From Synechococcus sp. A15-28 (GTDB lineage: Bacteria; Cyanobacteriota; Cyanobacteriia; PCC-6307; Cyanobiaceae): DNA of 32,000 nt. The notes under the pieces are model-generated. The model was not told where the DNA came from, did not search any database, and was given only the letters and a program-made list of their open reading frames with translations. Positions within the stretch are counted from its first letter, which is position 1, and every line of letters starts with the position of its first letter. Positions 17,379 to 27,625 of the stretch are shown in pieces. The stretch covers positions 990,001 through 1,022,000 of the forward strand of contig NZ_CP047931.1 of NCBI RefSeq assembly GCF_014280175.1, in the 5' to 3' direction. Position numbers and translations under genes: made by a program.

Positions 17379-18705
17379 CGCGTTTGGCCTGGGCCTTCAC
17401 CGCCTGAACCGCTTCTTCCGCCAGGAAGTCACCATCGGAACGACCCACTGCCGATGGCACCGCTGTGTAGTTCGACGGTGCCAACGCTTCACCCCGAAGC
17501 AGGCTGCCGAGGGTGCGGAGGGTCAGCTTCACCTGCTGCCAGGGATTCATCAGCACCACGCGTTTGTAGAGGTAGCTGTCGAAGGTGAGCTTCTGAACGT
17601 CCTTGTCGTCGCACATCTCGACGAAGGCCTCTCGGGCGGCGTCATTGCGATAGAAGATCCGCTGCAAAATGTCGAGTACGGCGTAGGTGGCGCCGTACTT
17701 ACGGTCCCACCGCTTGAGGTAGGTGGATTTGATCTGCTTCTCGGTGGGAATCACCGAGCCGTTCTTGGAGATCTCAACGATGGCTTCCGCGCACATCCGA
17801 CCGCTTTTGGCAGCGAAATAGATGCCCTCACCGGAGCTCTTGGTGACGTAGCCGGCGGCATCACCCACCAACGCCATCCGGCCGACCACACGCCGAGGAC
17901 GTGGGTGCTCAGGGATGGGGTGGGCTTCAACCTTGATCACTTCGCCCTTGAACAGGCGCTTGTTGGCCCGCTCCCGGATCCCCTTCTGCAGACCCTTGAT
18001 CAGGCTCTGGTTCTGCTGCATGGTGCCGGTGCCAACGGCCACATGGTCGTATTTGGGGAAGACCCAGGCGTAGAAGTCCGGTGAAACGTCGGTACCGACG
18101 TACATCTCCGCCAGATCCTCGTAGTAGGTCATCTCTTCCGCCGGAAGTTTGATCCGTTCCTGGAAGGCGATGGCCACGTTGTAATCACCGGCATCCATCG
18201 CTTTGGCGACCCGGGAGTTGGCACCATCGGCGCCGATGATCAGGTCCACATCCAGGCTCTTCTGTTCTCCGGTGGGGCCACCGCCGCTGTAATCGGCGTA
18301 ATGAAGGGTGTAGGGCCCCTGCCGGTTGCTGCCGGTGTCGATTTTCTGGACCAGACCGTTCACCAGCGTGGTGCCGAGGTCTGCGGCACGGTTTCTCAGA
18401 TAGGCATCAAAGACCTCGCGTCGGCACATGCCGATGTAGGCGTTGTCGTCGTAACCGAGGGGGTCCAGCTTGATGTCCACCTCTCGATTGGACGGCGAAA
18501 TCATCTTCATGTTGCGAACCTTGCGGTCGATGATGTCGTCCGGCAGGTCGAATTCCTCGACCATGCAGAGAGGAATCGCTCCACCACAGGGTTTGGCGTT
18601 ATCCAGCTTGCGTTCAAACAGCCAGGTCTGGATTCCGGCCTTGGCCAGAATTTCAGCGGCGCAGGATCCACTTGGACCGCCACCGATAACCGCAACACGC
18701 AACAT
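17356..18705 (-). CDS. chlP: Geranylgeranyl diphosphate/chlorophyll reductase
   Basis: MLRVAVIGGGPSGSCAAEILAKAGI (FAD fold) ... KPCGGAIPLCMVEEFDLP is canonical ChlP; 449 aa. Confidence 0.95.
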   Translation of the reverse strand: MLRVAVIGGGPSGSCAAEILAKAGIQTWLFERKLDNAKPCGGAIPLCMVEEFDLPDDIIDRKVRNMKMISPSNREVDIKLDPLGYDDNAYIGMCRREVFDAYLRNRAADLGTTLVNGLVQKIDTGSNRQGPYTLHYADYSGGGPTGEQKSLDVDLIIGADGANSRVAKAMDAGDYNVAIAFQERIKLPAEEMTYYEDLAEMYVGTDVSPDFYAWVFPKYDHVAVGTGTMQQNQSLIKGLQKGIRERANKRLFKGEVIKVEAHPIPEHPRPRRVVGRMALVGDAAGYVTKSSGEGIYFAAKSGRMCAEAIVEISKNGSVIPTEKQIKSTYLKRWDRKYGATYAVLDILQRIFYRNDAAREAFVEMCDDKDVQKLTFDSYLYKRVVLMNPWQQVKLTLRTLGSLLRGEALAPSNYTAVPSAVGRSDGDFLAEEAVQAVKAQAKREDKATIS

Positions 18706-18813
18706 CTCAGTCCAACTCCGCTGGATTGATTTTTGAAGCTACCACTCAGTTGATAGCCAACGTGGGCCCCGCTGGCACACGCCCCTACGATCGAAACAAC
18801 ACGCATCAGCGCT

Positions 18814-19566
18814 GTGGCCCGGGCCTCCTCCGCGCGACGCCCTCCAAGCGGAGACATTCCCGTTGCCCGTCGGGCTGCCTCCTCCCGGCAGCGCCGTCGA
18901 GGAGCAGGTCCATTGTTCGGCCTGGCAGCGTTCATTGTGCTTGTGGCCGGTACCGCCACGGTGCTGCTGGGATCCGATCGACCAGCACCGGTGCAGCAGG
19001 CGCAACAGCTGGAAGTGGAGGGCTTCCGACAGCGTCCGGACGAGGACGGGCGGCTGCTTGGGCACTTCCGTTATGAGGAAGTCCCCGCTGATCAACGCGT
19101 CAGCTTCGAGCCCGGGATTGAGCTGCAGGTGGATGCCGCCGAGGCTCTCGACGCCATGATGCGGGCCGGTCTGGCAGAGGGCGTGGATTTACGTCTGTTG
19201 AGCGGCTATCGCTCCCAGGCGCTGCAGGAGTCGATCTTTTTTGACATCGCCTCGGAACGGAATCAGACGGCGGAAGAACGGGCGCAGGTGTCGGCACCAC
19301 CGGGTTATTCCGAGCACAGCACTGGATATGCCATTGATCTGGGCGATGGAGCGGCTCCGGAGACCCACCTGTCCCAGAGCTTTGAGCAGACCCGGGCTTT
19401 TCGCTGGCTCCAGGACAACGCAGCGCGTTATCACTTTGTTCTGTCCTTTCCCAGGGGAAATCAGCAGGGGGTGATGTACGAGCCCTGGCATTGGCGTTTC
19501 CAGGGCACGGCCCAGGCGTTGCGGCAGTTTGAGGCGGCCCGGCGGTTCACCTCCAGACGCCCTTGA
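18814..19566 (+). CDS. D-alanyl-D-alanine carboxypeptidase family protein (VanY-like, peptidase M15B), membrane anchored
   Basis: LSGYRSQALQ, SEHSTGYAIDL and EPWHWRF motifs, with an N-terminal TM segment (LFGLAAFIVLVAGTATVLLG). GTG start. Confidence 0.8.
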   Translation: MARASSARRPPSGDIPVARRAASSRQRRRGAGPLFGLAAFIVLVAGTATVLLGSDRPAPVQQAQQLEVEGFRQRPDEDGRLLGHFRYEEVPADQRVSFEPGIELQVDAAEALDAMMRAGLAEGVDLRLLSGYRSQALQESIFFDIASERNQTAEERAQVSAPPGYSEHSTGYAIDLGDGAAPETHLSQSFEQTRAFRWLQDNAARYHFVLSFPRGNQQGVMYEPWHWRFQGTAQALRQFEAARRFTSRRP

Positions 19567-22082
19567 CCAACCCTGAACTGCTCTCCCCAGCCGGTGACTG
19601 GGACTGTCTCAAGGCCGCCGTCGCCAACGGGGCCGATGCGGTCTATTTCGGTGTCGATGCCTTCAATGCCCGCCAGCGGGCGGAGAACTTCCGTATTGAA
19701 GAACTGGCAGAGGTGATGACCTGGCTGCATGAGCGCCAGGTGAAGGGGTTCCTCACCTTCAATGTGCTCGTGTTCAGCGACGAGCTGGAACGAGCTGCCG
19801 CACTGCTGATCGCTGCAGAGGGGGCAGGGGTCGATGCGGTGATTGTTCAGGACGTGGGGATCTGTCGACTGGCACGAACCCTGGTGCCGAATCTGGCACT
19901 GCATGGCTCCACGCAGATGTCCATCACCAGTGCTGCTGGCGTGGCGCAGGCGGCCTCACTGGGCTGTGAACGGGTGGTGCTGGCCCGGGAACTTGCCCTC
20001 AACGATCTGGAGCGCCTGCAGGGACAGTTGCAGGCCAGGCATCTGGCGATGCCACTGGAGGTCTTCGTCCATGGCGCCTTGTGTGTGGCTTATTCCGGTC
20101 AGTGCCTGACCAGTGAGTCCCTTGGCCAACGCAGTGCCAACCGTGGTGAATGTGCCCAGGCCTGCCGGCTTCCCTATGAATTGATCGTCGACGGCGTGCC
20201 CCGACCCCTGGGTGATCAGCGGTATCTGTTGTCTCCTCAGGATCTGGCGGCCTGGCCTGTGCTGCCGGATCTGCAGCGCATCGGCATCGCCAGCCTCAAG
20301 ATCGAAGGCCGCCTGAAGGACCCGACCTACGTGGCGGCGGTGACGGATGCCTATCGCCGTGGCCTCGATCAGGGCCTTGACGCTGCAGAACCGGATGACC
20401 CCCAGCGCCAGTTGGAGCTTGCCTTTTCCCGGGGACTCTCCACGGGTTGGTTGCAAGGGGTGAACCACCGCCAACTCGTCCATGGTCGTTGGAGCAAGAA
20501 ACGAGGCCCTTTGGTGGGGCAGTTGTTGCAGGTGGACCGACGTGGTTGGCTGCAGATCCGCAGCCGGGAAGCCTTGCGTCCCGGTCATGGCCTGGTGCTG
20601 GAACGCCGGTCCGCGTCACCTCTTGAGCCCCCGGACGAGGTCGGAGGGCGGGTGATGGTGGTGGAGCGGCTCGGCCGTGAGCGGTTGCGGCTGAAACTCG
20701 GTCCGGGTCGCCTCAATCTCCGCGATCTGTCCGCCGGCGCATCGGTCTGGCTCACCAGCGATCCCTCCTGGGACAGCCACTGGCAGCGGGCTGCCCAACG
20801 TCCGACCGCCGGCCAGTCCATCGGGCTGCAGCTGCGGGTTCGCGGCCGCTTGGATCAGCCACTGCTGCTCGAATACCTTCACGGTGAAACGCGAATCCGC
20901 AGCTCCATGCCCCTGCAGGCGGCCCAGCAACGTCCTCTCGATCGTCAGCGTCTGGAGGAGCAGCTGGGACGGCTTGGCGGCAGCGGTTGGTTGCTTGAAC
21001 GACTGGAGCTGGATCTTGAGGGGGATTTGTTCCTGCCGGTAGCGGAGCTGAACCGGATGCGGCGGGAACTGCTGAAGCAGCTTCAGTCCCTGGAGCCCTC
21101 CCCGCCGCCGTCCCCGGCATCGTCCACGAGGACCGCTGCGGATGTTCCCTCCCTGCTGCAGCAGCTGTCCCCGTCGATCGCACCCCAGCCCTCTATGGAG
21201 GAGCCCAGCCTCGTTGTGTTGGTGCGCAGCCTGGGCCAGCTCGAGGCCCTGATCCCGCTTTCAGGCCTGCCGATCGCTTCTGTGGTGGCGGAGCTGGAGC
21301 AGCCGCGGGACCTGCGGGAAGCGGTGGCCATCGGTCGTGGCCACTGGCCCGATGGACTCTGGCTGGCGGGGGCACGGATCACCAGGCCCGATGAAGCCTG
21401 GAGTCTGGAGCCCTTGATCCGCGCCCGTCCCGACGGCTACCTGGTGCGCAATGCCGATCAATTGGAACGCCTCACGCCATTGGCTCCCTGCGTCGGAGAT
21501 TTTTCCCTGAACGCGGCCAACCCCCTCAGCGTCCGCTGGTATCTGGAGCACTGGGGGCTGGAGCGGGTGACCGCCAGCTACGACCTCAACCTGCAGCAGT
21601 TGCTGGATCTGGCGGCCGGCGTGGATGCCAGTCGACTTGAGGCCACCCTACATCAGCACATGCCTTTGTTTCACATGGATCACTGTGTGTTCTGCGCCTT
21701 CCTCTCCGAGGGGCATGACCACACCGATTGCGGTCGTCCCTGTGAGCACCACAGCGTCACGTTGAAGGATCGCAGTGGCGTCGAGCACCCGTTGCGAGCT
21801 GATCTCGGTTGTCGCAACACCCTGTTCAACGGCACGGCGCAAACCGGCGTGGAGGGTCTGCCGGCTTTGCTGCAGGCCGGAGTGCGTCAGGTCCGCCTTG
21901 AACTGTTGGATGAGGATGCCGCGTCGACGCAGCGCCGGGTGAGGCTTTACGCCGATGCGCTTTTGGGGCGGCGTGCTTCAGGGGAGGTCTGGAGTCAGGA
22001 GCGGGTCCATCACCAGCTTGGCGTGACCCGAGGGAGCCTGCGTGTAAAGGGTCCGGAACGCACCAGTCAAATCTCACGTTGA
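19563..22082 (+). CDS. U32-family protein (annotated peptidase family; probably Fe-S enzyme), two-module, 839 aa
   Basis: N-terminus ELLSPAGDWDCLKAAVANGADAVYFG is typical of U32. Contains C174-x6-C181-x15-C197-x3-C201 (20082..20165) and a second Cys cluster C708-x2-C711-x11-C723-x3-C727 (21684..21743). TTG start overlaps the VanY-like stop (TTGA). Confidence 0.85.
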   Translation: MTNPELLSPAGDWDCLKAAVANGADAVYFGVDAFNARQRAENFRIEELAEVMTWLHERQVKGFLTFNVLVFSDELERAAALLIAAEGAGVDAVIVQDVGICRLARTLVPNLALHGSTQMSITSAAGVAQAASLGCERVVLARELALNDLERLQGQLQARHLAMPLEVFVHGALCVAYSGQCLTSESLGQRSANRGECAQACRLPYELIVDGVPRPLGDQRYLLSPQDLAAWPVLPDLQRIGIASLKIEGRLKDPTYVAAVTDAYRRGLDQGLDAAEPDDPQRQLELAFSRGLSTGWLQGVNHRQLVHGRWSKKRGPLVGQLLQVDRRGWLQIRSREALRPGHGLVLERRSASPLEPPDEVGGRVMVVERLGRERLRLKLGPGRLNLRDLSAGASVWLTSDPSWDSHWQRAAQRPTAGQSIGLQLRVRGRLDQPLLLEYLHGETRIRSSMPLQAAQQRPLDRQRLEEQLGRLGGSGWLLERLELDLEGDLFLPVAELNRMRRELLKQLQSLEPSPPPSPASSTRTAADVPSLLQQLSPSIAPQPSMEEPSLVVLVRSLGQLEALIPLSGLPIASVVAELEQPRDLREAVAIGRGHWPDGLWLAGARITRPDEAWSLEPLIRARPDGYLVRNADQLERLTPLAPCVGDFSLNAANPLSVRWYLEHWGLERVTASYDLNLQQLLDLAAGVDASRLEATLHQHMPLFHMDHCVFCAFLSEGHDHTDCGRPCEHHSVTLKDRSGVEHPLRADLGCRNTLFNGTAQTGVEGLPALLQAGVRQVRLELLDEDAASTQRRVRLYADALLGRRASGEVWSQERVHHQLGVTRGSLRVKGPERTSQISR

Positions 22083-22140
22083 GATAACCTTTCGCCCTGC
22101 GCCTTTGGGCGTTCTTCACAAATTCAAACGGTCAACCCGC

Positions 22141-23943
22141 ATGAGCGCCCAGCACAAGGCGATTCGCAACATCGCGATCATCGCTCACGTTGACCATGGC
22201 AAAACCACCCTGGTTGATTCCCTGCTGGCGCAATCAGGCATCTTCCGCGACAACGAAGCGGTGCCCACCTGCGTCATGGACTCCAATGATCTGGAGCGTG
22301 AGCGCGGCATCACTATCCTGTCGAAAAACACGGCGGTCGATTACGCCGACACCCGCATCAACATTGTCGATACCCCCGGTCACGCTGATTTCGGCGGAGA
22401 AGTGGAGCGCGTGCTGGGCATGGTGGATGGCTGTCTGCTGATCGTTGACGCCAACGAGGGGCCGATGCCCCAGACGCGCTTCGTGCTGAAGAAGGCCCTG
22501 GAGCAGGGTCTCCGCCCGATCGTGTTCGTCAACAAGATCGACCGGGCCCGGGTGGATCCCGAGACCGCCGTGGACAAGGTGCTGGATCTGTTCATCGAGC
22601 TCGGTGCCGATGACGATCAGTGCGATTTCCCGTATCTATTCGGTAGCGGTCTCGGCGGATTCGCCAAGCCGGACATGAAGACGGACAGCGACAACATTCG
22701 GCCGCTGTTTGACGCGATTCTGCGCCATGTTCCGCCCCCGGTCGGTGATGTGGAGAAGCCGCTGCAGCTTCAGATCACCACCCTCGATTACTCCGATTTC
22801 CTTGGACGGATCATCATCGGCCGCGTCCATAACGGTGTGATCAAACAGGGGCAGAGCGCTTCCCTGATCAAGGACGACGGCAGCATGAAGAAAGGCCGCA
22901 TCAGCAAGTTGCTGGGCTTCCAGGGCCTGCAGCGCGTGGAGATCGAGGAAGCCAGTGCCGGTGATCTGGTGGCTGTGGCTGGTTTTGACGACGTCAACAT
23001 CGGTGAAACCATCGCCTGCCCGGATGAGCCCACCGCTCTGCCGCTGATCAAGGTGGATGAGCCGACCCTGCAGATGACCTTTGTGGTCAACGACTCCCCC
23101 TTCGCCGGCAAGGAAGGCAAGTTCGTCACCAGCCGTCAGGTGCGTGACCGTCTGCAGCGGGAGCTGCTCACGAACGTGGCCCTGCGCGTCGAAGACACGG
23201 ACTCACCGGATCGCTTTGCCGTCAGCGGCCGTGGCGAACTGCACCTGGGCATCCTGATCGAGACGATGCGGCGCGAGGGCTACGAATTCCAGGTGTCGCA
23301 GCCTCAGGTGATCTTCCGCACCATCGACGGCACCCCCTGCGAACCGGTGGAAACCCTCGTGATGGACGTGCCTGAGGAGGCCGTCGGCGGCTGCATCGAG
23401 AAACTGGGCACCCGCAAAGGGGAAATGCAGAACATGGAGACCGGTCAGGACGGCCGCACCCAACTGGAATTCATCGTTCCGTCCCGCGGTTTGATCGGCT
23501 TCCGGGGTGAGTTCATCCGCACCACCCGCGGCGAGGGGATCATGAGCCACTCCTTCTTTGAGTACCGGCCGATGCTGGGTGACTTCGACACCCGCCGGAA
23601 CGGAGTGCTGATCGCCTTCGAGGAAGGCACCGCCACCTTCTACGCCCTCAAGAACGCCGAGGACCGCGGTCAGTTCTTCATCTCGCCCGGCACCAAGGTT
23701 TACAAGGGCATGATCATCGGTGAGAACAATCGTCCCCAGGACCTGGAGATCAACGTCTGCAAGGCCAAACAGCTCACCAACATGCGCTCCGCCGGTGCTG
23801 AGGAACTCGACACGCTGCAGGCACCGGTGCAGATGACCCTCGAGCGGGCCCTGGAATATATCGGTCCTGACGAGATGCTTGAGGTGACGCCGGAATCCAT
23901 CCGACTGCGCAAGCTGCCAGCCAAGAAGATGGCCAAGCGCTGA
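22141..23943 (+). CDS. typA: Translational GTPase TypA/BipA
   Basis: [33 protein letters not shown] and NKIDR G-motifs; 600 aa from ATG 22141. Confidence 0.95.
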   Translation: MSAQHKAIRNIAIIAHVDHGKTTLVDSLLAQSGIFRDNEAVPTCVMDSNDLERERGITILSKNTAVDYADTRINIVDTPGHADFGGEVERVLGMVDGCLLIVDANEGPMPQTRFVLKKALEQGLRPIVFVNKIDRARVDPETAVDKVLDLFIELGADDDQCDFPYLFGSGLGGFAKPDMKTDSDNIRPLFDAILRHVPPPVGDVEKPLQLQITTLDYSDFLGRIIIGRVHNGVIKQGQSASLIKDDGSMKKGRISKLLGFQGLQRVEIEEASAGDLVAVAGFDDVNIGETIACPDEPTALPLIKVDEPTLQMTFVVNDSPFAGKEGKFVTSRQVRDRLQRELLTNVALRVEDTDSPDRFAVSGRGELHLGILIETMRREGYEFQVSQPQVIFRTIDGTPCEPVETLVMDVPEEAVGGCIEKLGTRKGEMQNMETGQDGRTQLEFIVPSRGLIGFRGEFIRTTRGEGIMSHSFFEYRPMLGDFDTRRNGVLIAFEEGTATFYALKNAEDRGQFFISPGTKVYKGMIIGENNRPQDLEINVCKAKQLTNMRSAGAEELDTLQAPVQMTLERALEYIGPDEMLEVTPESIRLRKLPAKKMAKR

Positions 23944-24299
23944 TGGTTGAGGCGGATCCCCGCTTCCAGGACGCCATCCGCCTTTTCAACATTCAGGAGT
24001 GGTACGCCGCCCATGACGTGTTGGAGGAGATCTGGCATGAAACCGCCGATCCGGAACGACGCTGCCTGCAGGGACTCCTGCAGGTGGCGGTGGCTCAGCT
24101 GCATCTCCAACGGGACAACCAGCGCGGAGCCACGATCCTTTTCGGGGAGGCCCTCGGCCGATTGCAACGACCGGGCACTCCGGATCTAGGGCTCGATCTG
24201 CAGGCGTTGTGCCGTTGCGTCCAGGAGCGATTGGTGCAGTTGCAGCAGAACGGTGATCCCGAGTCCTGCACTGTCCCCGTCCTCAATCCCTCCCCCTGA
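23943..24299 (+). CDS. DUF309-domain protein
   Basis: FNIQEWYAAHDVLEEIWHE ... LQGLLQVAVAQLHLQRDNQRGA resembles DUF309. TGATG overlap with typA. Confidence 0.65.
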   Translation: MVEADPRFQDAIRLFNIQEWYAAHDVLEEIWHETADPERRCLQGLLQVAVAQLHLQRDNQRGATILFGEALGRLQRPGTPDLGLDLQALCRCVQERLVQLQQNGDPESCTVPVLNPSP

Positions 24300-24351
24300 A
24301 GTGTCGGTAGTGTCCGTCAATTCCTGCTCTCAACCGGTGGTCATCAGGGCG

Positions 24352-24762
24352 ATGCGTCGACTTCGATCAGCTCTGTTCGTGCTCCTGTCCCTTCTGGTTG
24401 CAGGCCCCATGGAGCCGATGGCTGCTGAGGAGAGCCTTGGACACGGGTTGATCACCATCGAATCCGATCAGCAGTCCGCCGACAACAGCACCGGTGTCGT
24501 CACCGCCAGCGGAAATGTGCGGATTGTGCACGCGGACCGTGGCGTGGTGGCCACGAGCCGTCAGGCTCAGTATTTCACCAAGGAGGAGCGAATCGTTCTC
24601 CGTGGCGATGTGGACGTGGTGCAGAACGACGGGCATGCCCTGAGGGCGGATCAGGTCATTTACCTGCTGCGGGAGGATCGCGCCAAGGCCGTCCCCGTGG
24701 AGGGGGGCCAGGTCTTCAGTCAATGGTCTCTGAAGGACCCGTCATCGGGCACCGAACCATGA
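24352..24762 (+). CDS. LptA/OstA-family (OstA_N fold) periplasmic LPS-transport protein
   Basis: Signal/anchor MRRLRSALFVLLSLLVAGP, then ITIESDQQSADNSTGVVTASGNVRIVHADRGVVATSRQAQYF...IVLRGDV, typical of LptA/LptC beta-jellyroll proteins. Lies directly upstream of lptB with an ATGA overlap. Confidence 0.7.
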   Translation: MRRLRSALFVLLSLLVAGPMEPMAAEESLGHGLITIESDQQSADNSTGVVTASGNVRIVHADRGVVATSRQAQYFTKEERIVLRGDVDVVQNDGHALRADQVIYLLREDRAKAVPVEGGQVFSQWSLKDPSSGTEP

Positions 24763-25487
24763 GCCTCTCCCTGGAGACGGTGTCCATCAGCCTGGGCGGC
24801 AGGCAGTTGGTCAACCGCGTGAGTCTTGATCTCTCACCCGGTGAGGTGGTTGGTCTGCTGGGACCCAACGGAGCTGGCAAGACCACCACCTTCAATCTGG
24901 TGATTGGTTTGCTGCGGCCCGATACCGGTGTGATCAGCCTCGATGGTGAGGTTGTATCGACCCTGTCGATGCCAAAACGGGCCAGGCTGGGACTCGGCTA
25001 TCTGCCGCAGGAACCCAGTGTCTTTCGTCAGTTGACGGTTCGTCAGAACCTTGAAATTGCCCTCGATCAGATGGATCTGAGTTCGCAGCAGCGTCGTGAT
25101 CGCCGCGACCAGTTAATCGAGGACTTTCACCTGGTGGCGTTTGTCGATCGCTGCGGCTACCAACTGTCGGGTGGTGAGCGGCGCCGCTGTGAAGTGGCCC
25201 GGGCTCTGGCTGTGGGTTCGGAGGGCCCCCGCTATCTGTTGCTGGACGAACCCTTCGCGGGGGTGGATCCCTTGGCGGTGGCTGATCTGCAGGAGCTGAT
25301 CCAGGAGTTGCGCTCGCGCGGGATGGGGATCCTGGTCACCGATCACAACGTCCGGGAGACCCTGGCGATCACGGATCGGGCTTACATCCTCAACGACGGA
25401 TCGATTCTGGCCAGTGGGCAGTCCGAGACCGTGGCGAACGATCCTCTTGTGCGCCGTCACTACCTCGGGGAGGCCTTCCAGCTGTGA
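24759..25487 (+). CDS. lptB: LPS export ABC transporter ATP-binding protein
   Basis: GPNGAGKTTTF, LSGGERRRCEVARAL and LLLDEPFAGVDP motifs; 242 aa. Confidence 0.9.
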   Translation: MSLSLETVSISLGGRQLVNRVSLDLSPGEVVGLLGPNGAGKTTTFNLVIGLLRPDTGVISLDGEVVSTLSMPKRARLGLGYLPQEPSVFRQLTVRQNLEIALDQMDLSSQQRRDRRDQLIEDFHLVAFVDRCGYQLSGGERRRCEVARALAVGSEGPRYLLLDEPFAGVDPLAVADLQELIQELRSRGMGILVTDHNVRETLAITDRAYILNDGSILASGQSETVANDPLVRRHYLGEAFQL

Positions 25488-26641
25488 TTGCTGTGCTGAA
25501 CCGCTGGTGTCGTCGAATTCCCCTGCTGGATCGCTGGTTGATCGGCGAAATCCTGGCGCCCTTGCTGTTTGCGGTGGCGGCTTTCACGGTGGTGGGGCTT
25601 TCCATCGGTGTGATGTTCGAGCTGGTGCGCCGGCTGGTGGAGGACGGTCTTCCGGCTTGGATCGCCTTGCAGGTGATGGTGCTGAGCTTGCCGCGGTTCC
25701 TGGTGCTGTCGTTTCCGATGGCCACGCTGTTCGCCACCCTGCTGGCCTACAGCAAGCTGACGGCAAACAGTGAACTCACGGCCTTGCGCAGTGTCGGGGT
25801 CAGCACCGTGCGTCTGGTGGTGCCTGCTCTGGTGCTGTCAGCTCTGCTGACGGGCATGACGCTGCTGTTCAACGATGTGATCGTTCCCAAAGCCAACACC
25901 CGGGCTGAAGTCACCCTGCAGAAAGCCCTGGGACGAGCCCTGGCAACTGAAAAGGGCAAAGACATCATTTATTCCCGTTTCGGCAGGGTGTCGCAACCGG
26001 GGTCTGATCGCAGTGGTCGCGGCCTCAAGCAACTGTTTTATTCCCGCCGCTTTGACAAAGGGGAGATGGTGGATGTCACGGTGCTGGATTTCTCACGGGC
26101 TGGTTTCCGCCAGATGCTTGTGGCTGAAAGGGCTCTCTGGAACGAGGCTGAGGCCAAGTGGGAATTCCTGGATGGTCAGATCCTCACGCTCAACCTCAAC
26201 GGCAGCACCACCCGGGTGGATTTCGATCGCTACCTCTATCCCCTCAGTTCTGGTCCCCTGAAGGTGGCTCGACTGCCGGATGACGCCAACAACATGACGA
26301 TCGCTGAAGCGATCAAGGCCGAGCGCATCGAAGCGGAAGCCGGCAATGTCAAAGCCGCCCGCAAGCTGCAGGTGCGGATCCAGGAGAAGTTCACCTTCCC
26401 CATGGCCTGCGTGGTGTTCGGTCTGATCGGCAGCAGTCTCGGTTCGCGACCGGGCTCGCGAACCAGTCGCAGCCAGGGCTTCGGCATCAGCATCCTGCTG
26501 ATCCTTGGCTACTACGCCCTCAGTTTCAGCTTCAGTTCCCTCGGCGTGAAGGGTGTTCTGCCAGCGCTGCTGGCGGCCTGGCTGCCCGTGTTGATTTCCC
26601 TGGGGGCTGGCTCTCTGTTGCTGCGCCAGGCCAGTCGTTGA
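25484..26641 (+). CDS. LptF/LptG-family permease (YjgP/YjgQ)
   Basis: 385 aa with three TM helices, a periplasmic domain and three more TM helices. GTGA overlap with lptB. Confidence 0.85.
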   Translation: MIAVLNRWCRRIPLLDRWLIGEILAPLLFAVAAFTVVGLSIGVMFELVRRLVEDGLPAWIALQVMVLSLPRFLVLSFPMATLFATLLAYSKLTANSELTALRSVGVSTVRLVVPALVLSALLTGMTLLFNDVIVPKANTRAEVTLQKALGRALATEKGKDIIYSRFGRVSQPGSDRSGRGLKQLFYSRRFDKGEMVDVTVLDFSRAGFRQMLVAERALWNEAEAKWEFLDGQILTLNLNGSTTRVDFDRYLYPLSSGPLKVARLPDDANNMTIAEAIKAERIEAEAGNVKAARKLQVRIQEKFTFPMACVVFGLIGSSLGSRPGSRTSRSQGFGISILLILGYYALSFSFSSLGVKGVLPALLAAWLPVLISLGAGSLLLRQASR

Positions 26642-26656
26642 GTTGCCCCGGCAGAA

Positions 26657-27625
26657 TTGATTTCATCAGGACACTTCTCGGTGCAGTCCCTTCCGTTTGA
26701 TCTCGTCACCGGCCTCGGGTTCGGAGCCTTTCTGCTGCTTCTGCTGGCCCTGCCGCTGGCCTTCTGGGCTGTTTCCTCCAAAGCCCGGACCGGCATCGTT
26801 CAGCTGCTGGTGGCGCTGGCCAACCTGCTGCTGACGGCTCAGCTGGTTCTGCGTTGGTGGGAATCCGGCCATTTCCCGATCAGCAACCTGTACGAGTCTC
26901 TGTGCTTTCTGGCCTGGGCCTGCACCCTCACGCAATTGCTGGTGGAACGCTCCTGGCCATCACCGATCGTGGCCGCTGCCGCCACGCCGATGGGTCTCGG
27001 CTGCATTGCCTTCGCCAGCTTCGCCTTGCCGGATCAGTTGCAGAGTGCTGCACCGTTGGTGCCTGCCCTCCGCTCCAGCTGGCTGGTGATGCATGTGAGC
27101 GTAATCATGGTGAGTTATGCCGCTCTTCTGGTGGGTTCCCTGCTTTCATTCGCCGTGCTGGTGACGGATCGGGGGGAAGCTCTGGAACTGCGCAGCAGCT
27201 CGATCGGCAGCGGTGGTTTTCGCCAATCGGTCGCTGCCACAGAAGGGGGCGTGCTGCAGTTGCAATCCGTTCAGCTGAGCACCACGGAGCAACTGGACAG
27301 TCTCAGTTACCGCACCATCACCGTTGGCTTCCTGATGCTCACTGTTGGCATCGTCAGCGGAGCTGTGTGGGCCAACGAAGCCTGGGGCAGCTACTGGAGC
27401 TGGGATCCGAAAGAGACCTGGGCACTGATCTGCTGGCTGGTGTATGCGGCTTATCTGCACACCCGTCTCAGCCGTGGCTGGCAGGGGCGCCGTCCGGCCC
27501 TTGTTGCCGTGGTGGGTCTGGTGGTGATCGCGGTCTGCTACATCGGGGTGAATCTGCTTGGCATCGGTTTGCATAGCTATGGCTGGTTCTTCGGAAGCCT
27601 TGTTATTCCGGGCTCTAGTCGATAA
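26657..27625 (+). CDS. ccsA: Cytochrome c biogenesis protein CcsA (system II haem handling)
   Basis: WWD-type tryptophan-rich motif [23 protein letters not shown] in a polytopic membrane protein. The TTG 26657 start is uncertain; in-frame GTG 26681 is an alternative. Confidence 0.9.
   Translation: MISSGHFSVQSLPFDLVTGLGFGAFLLLLLALPLAFWAVSSKARTGIVQLLVALANLLLTAQLVLRWWESGHFPISNLYESLCFLAWACTLTQLLVERSWPSPIVAAAATPMGLGCIAFASFALPDQLQSAAPLVPALRSSWLVMHVSVIMVSYAALLVGSLLSFAVLVTDRGEALELRSSSIGSGGFRQSVAATEGGVLQLQSVQLSTTEQLDSLSYRTITVGFLMLTVGIVSGAVWANEAWGSYWSWDPKETWALICWLVYAAYLHTRLSRGWQGRRPALVAVVGLVVIAVCYIGVNLLGIGLHSYGWFFGSLVIPGSSR

Noticed and set aside
12353-19566. VanX-like and VanY-like genes considered as a vancomycin-resistance cluster.
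   Set aside because: No vanH, vanA/B ligase or vanRS is present. The two genes are separated by sir, glyS and chlP and sit in conserved housekeeping context.
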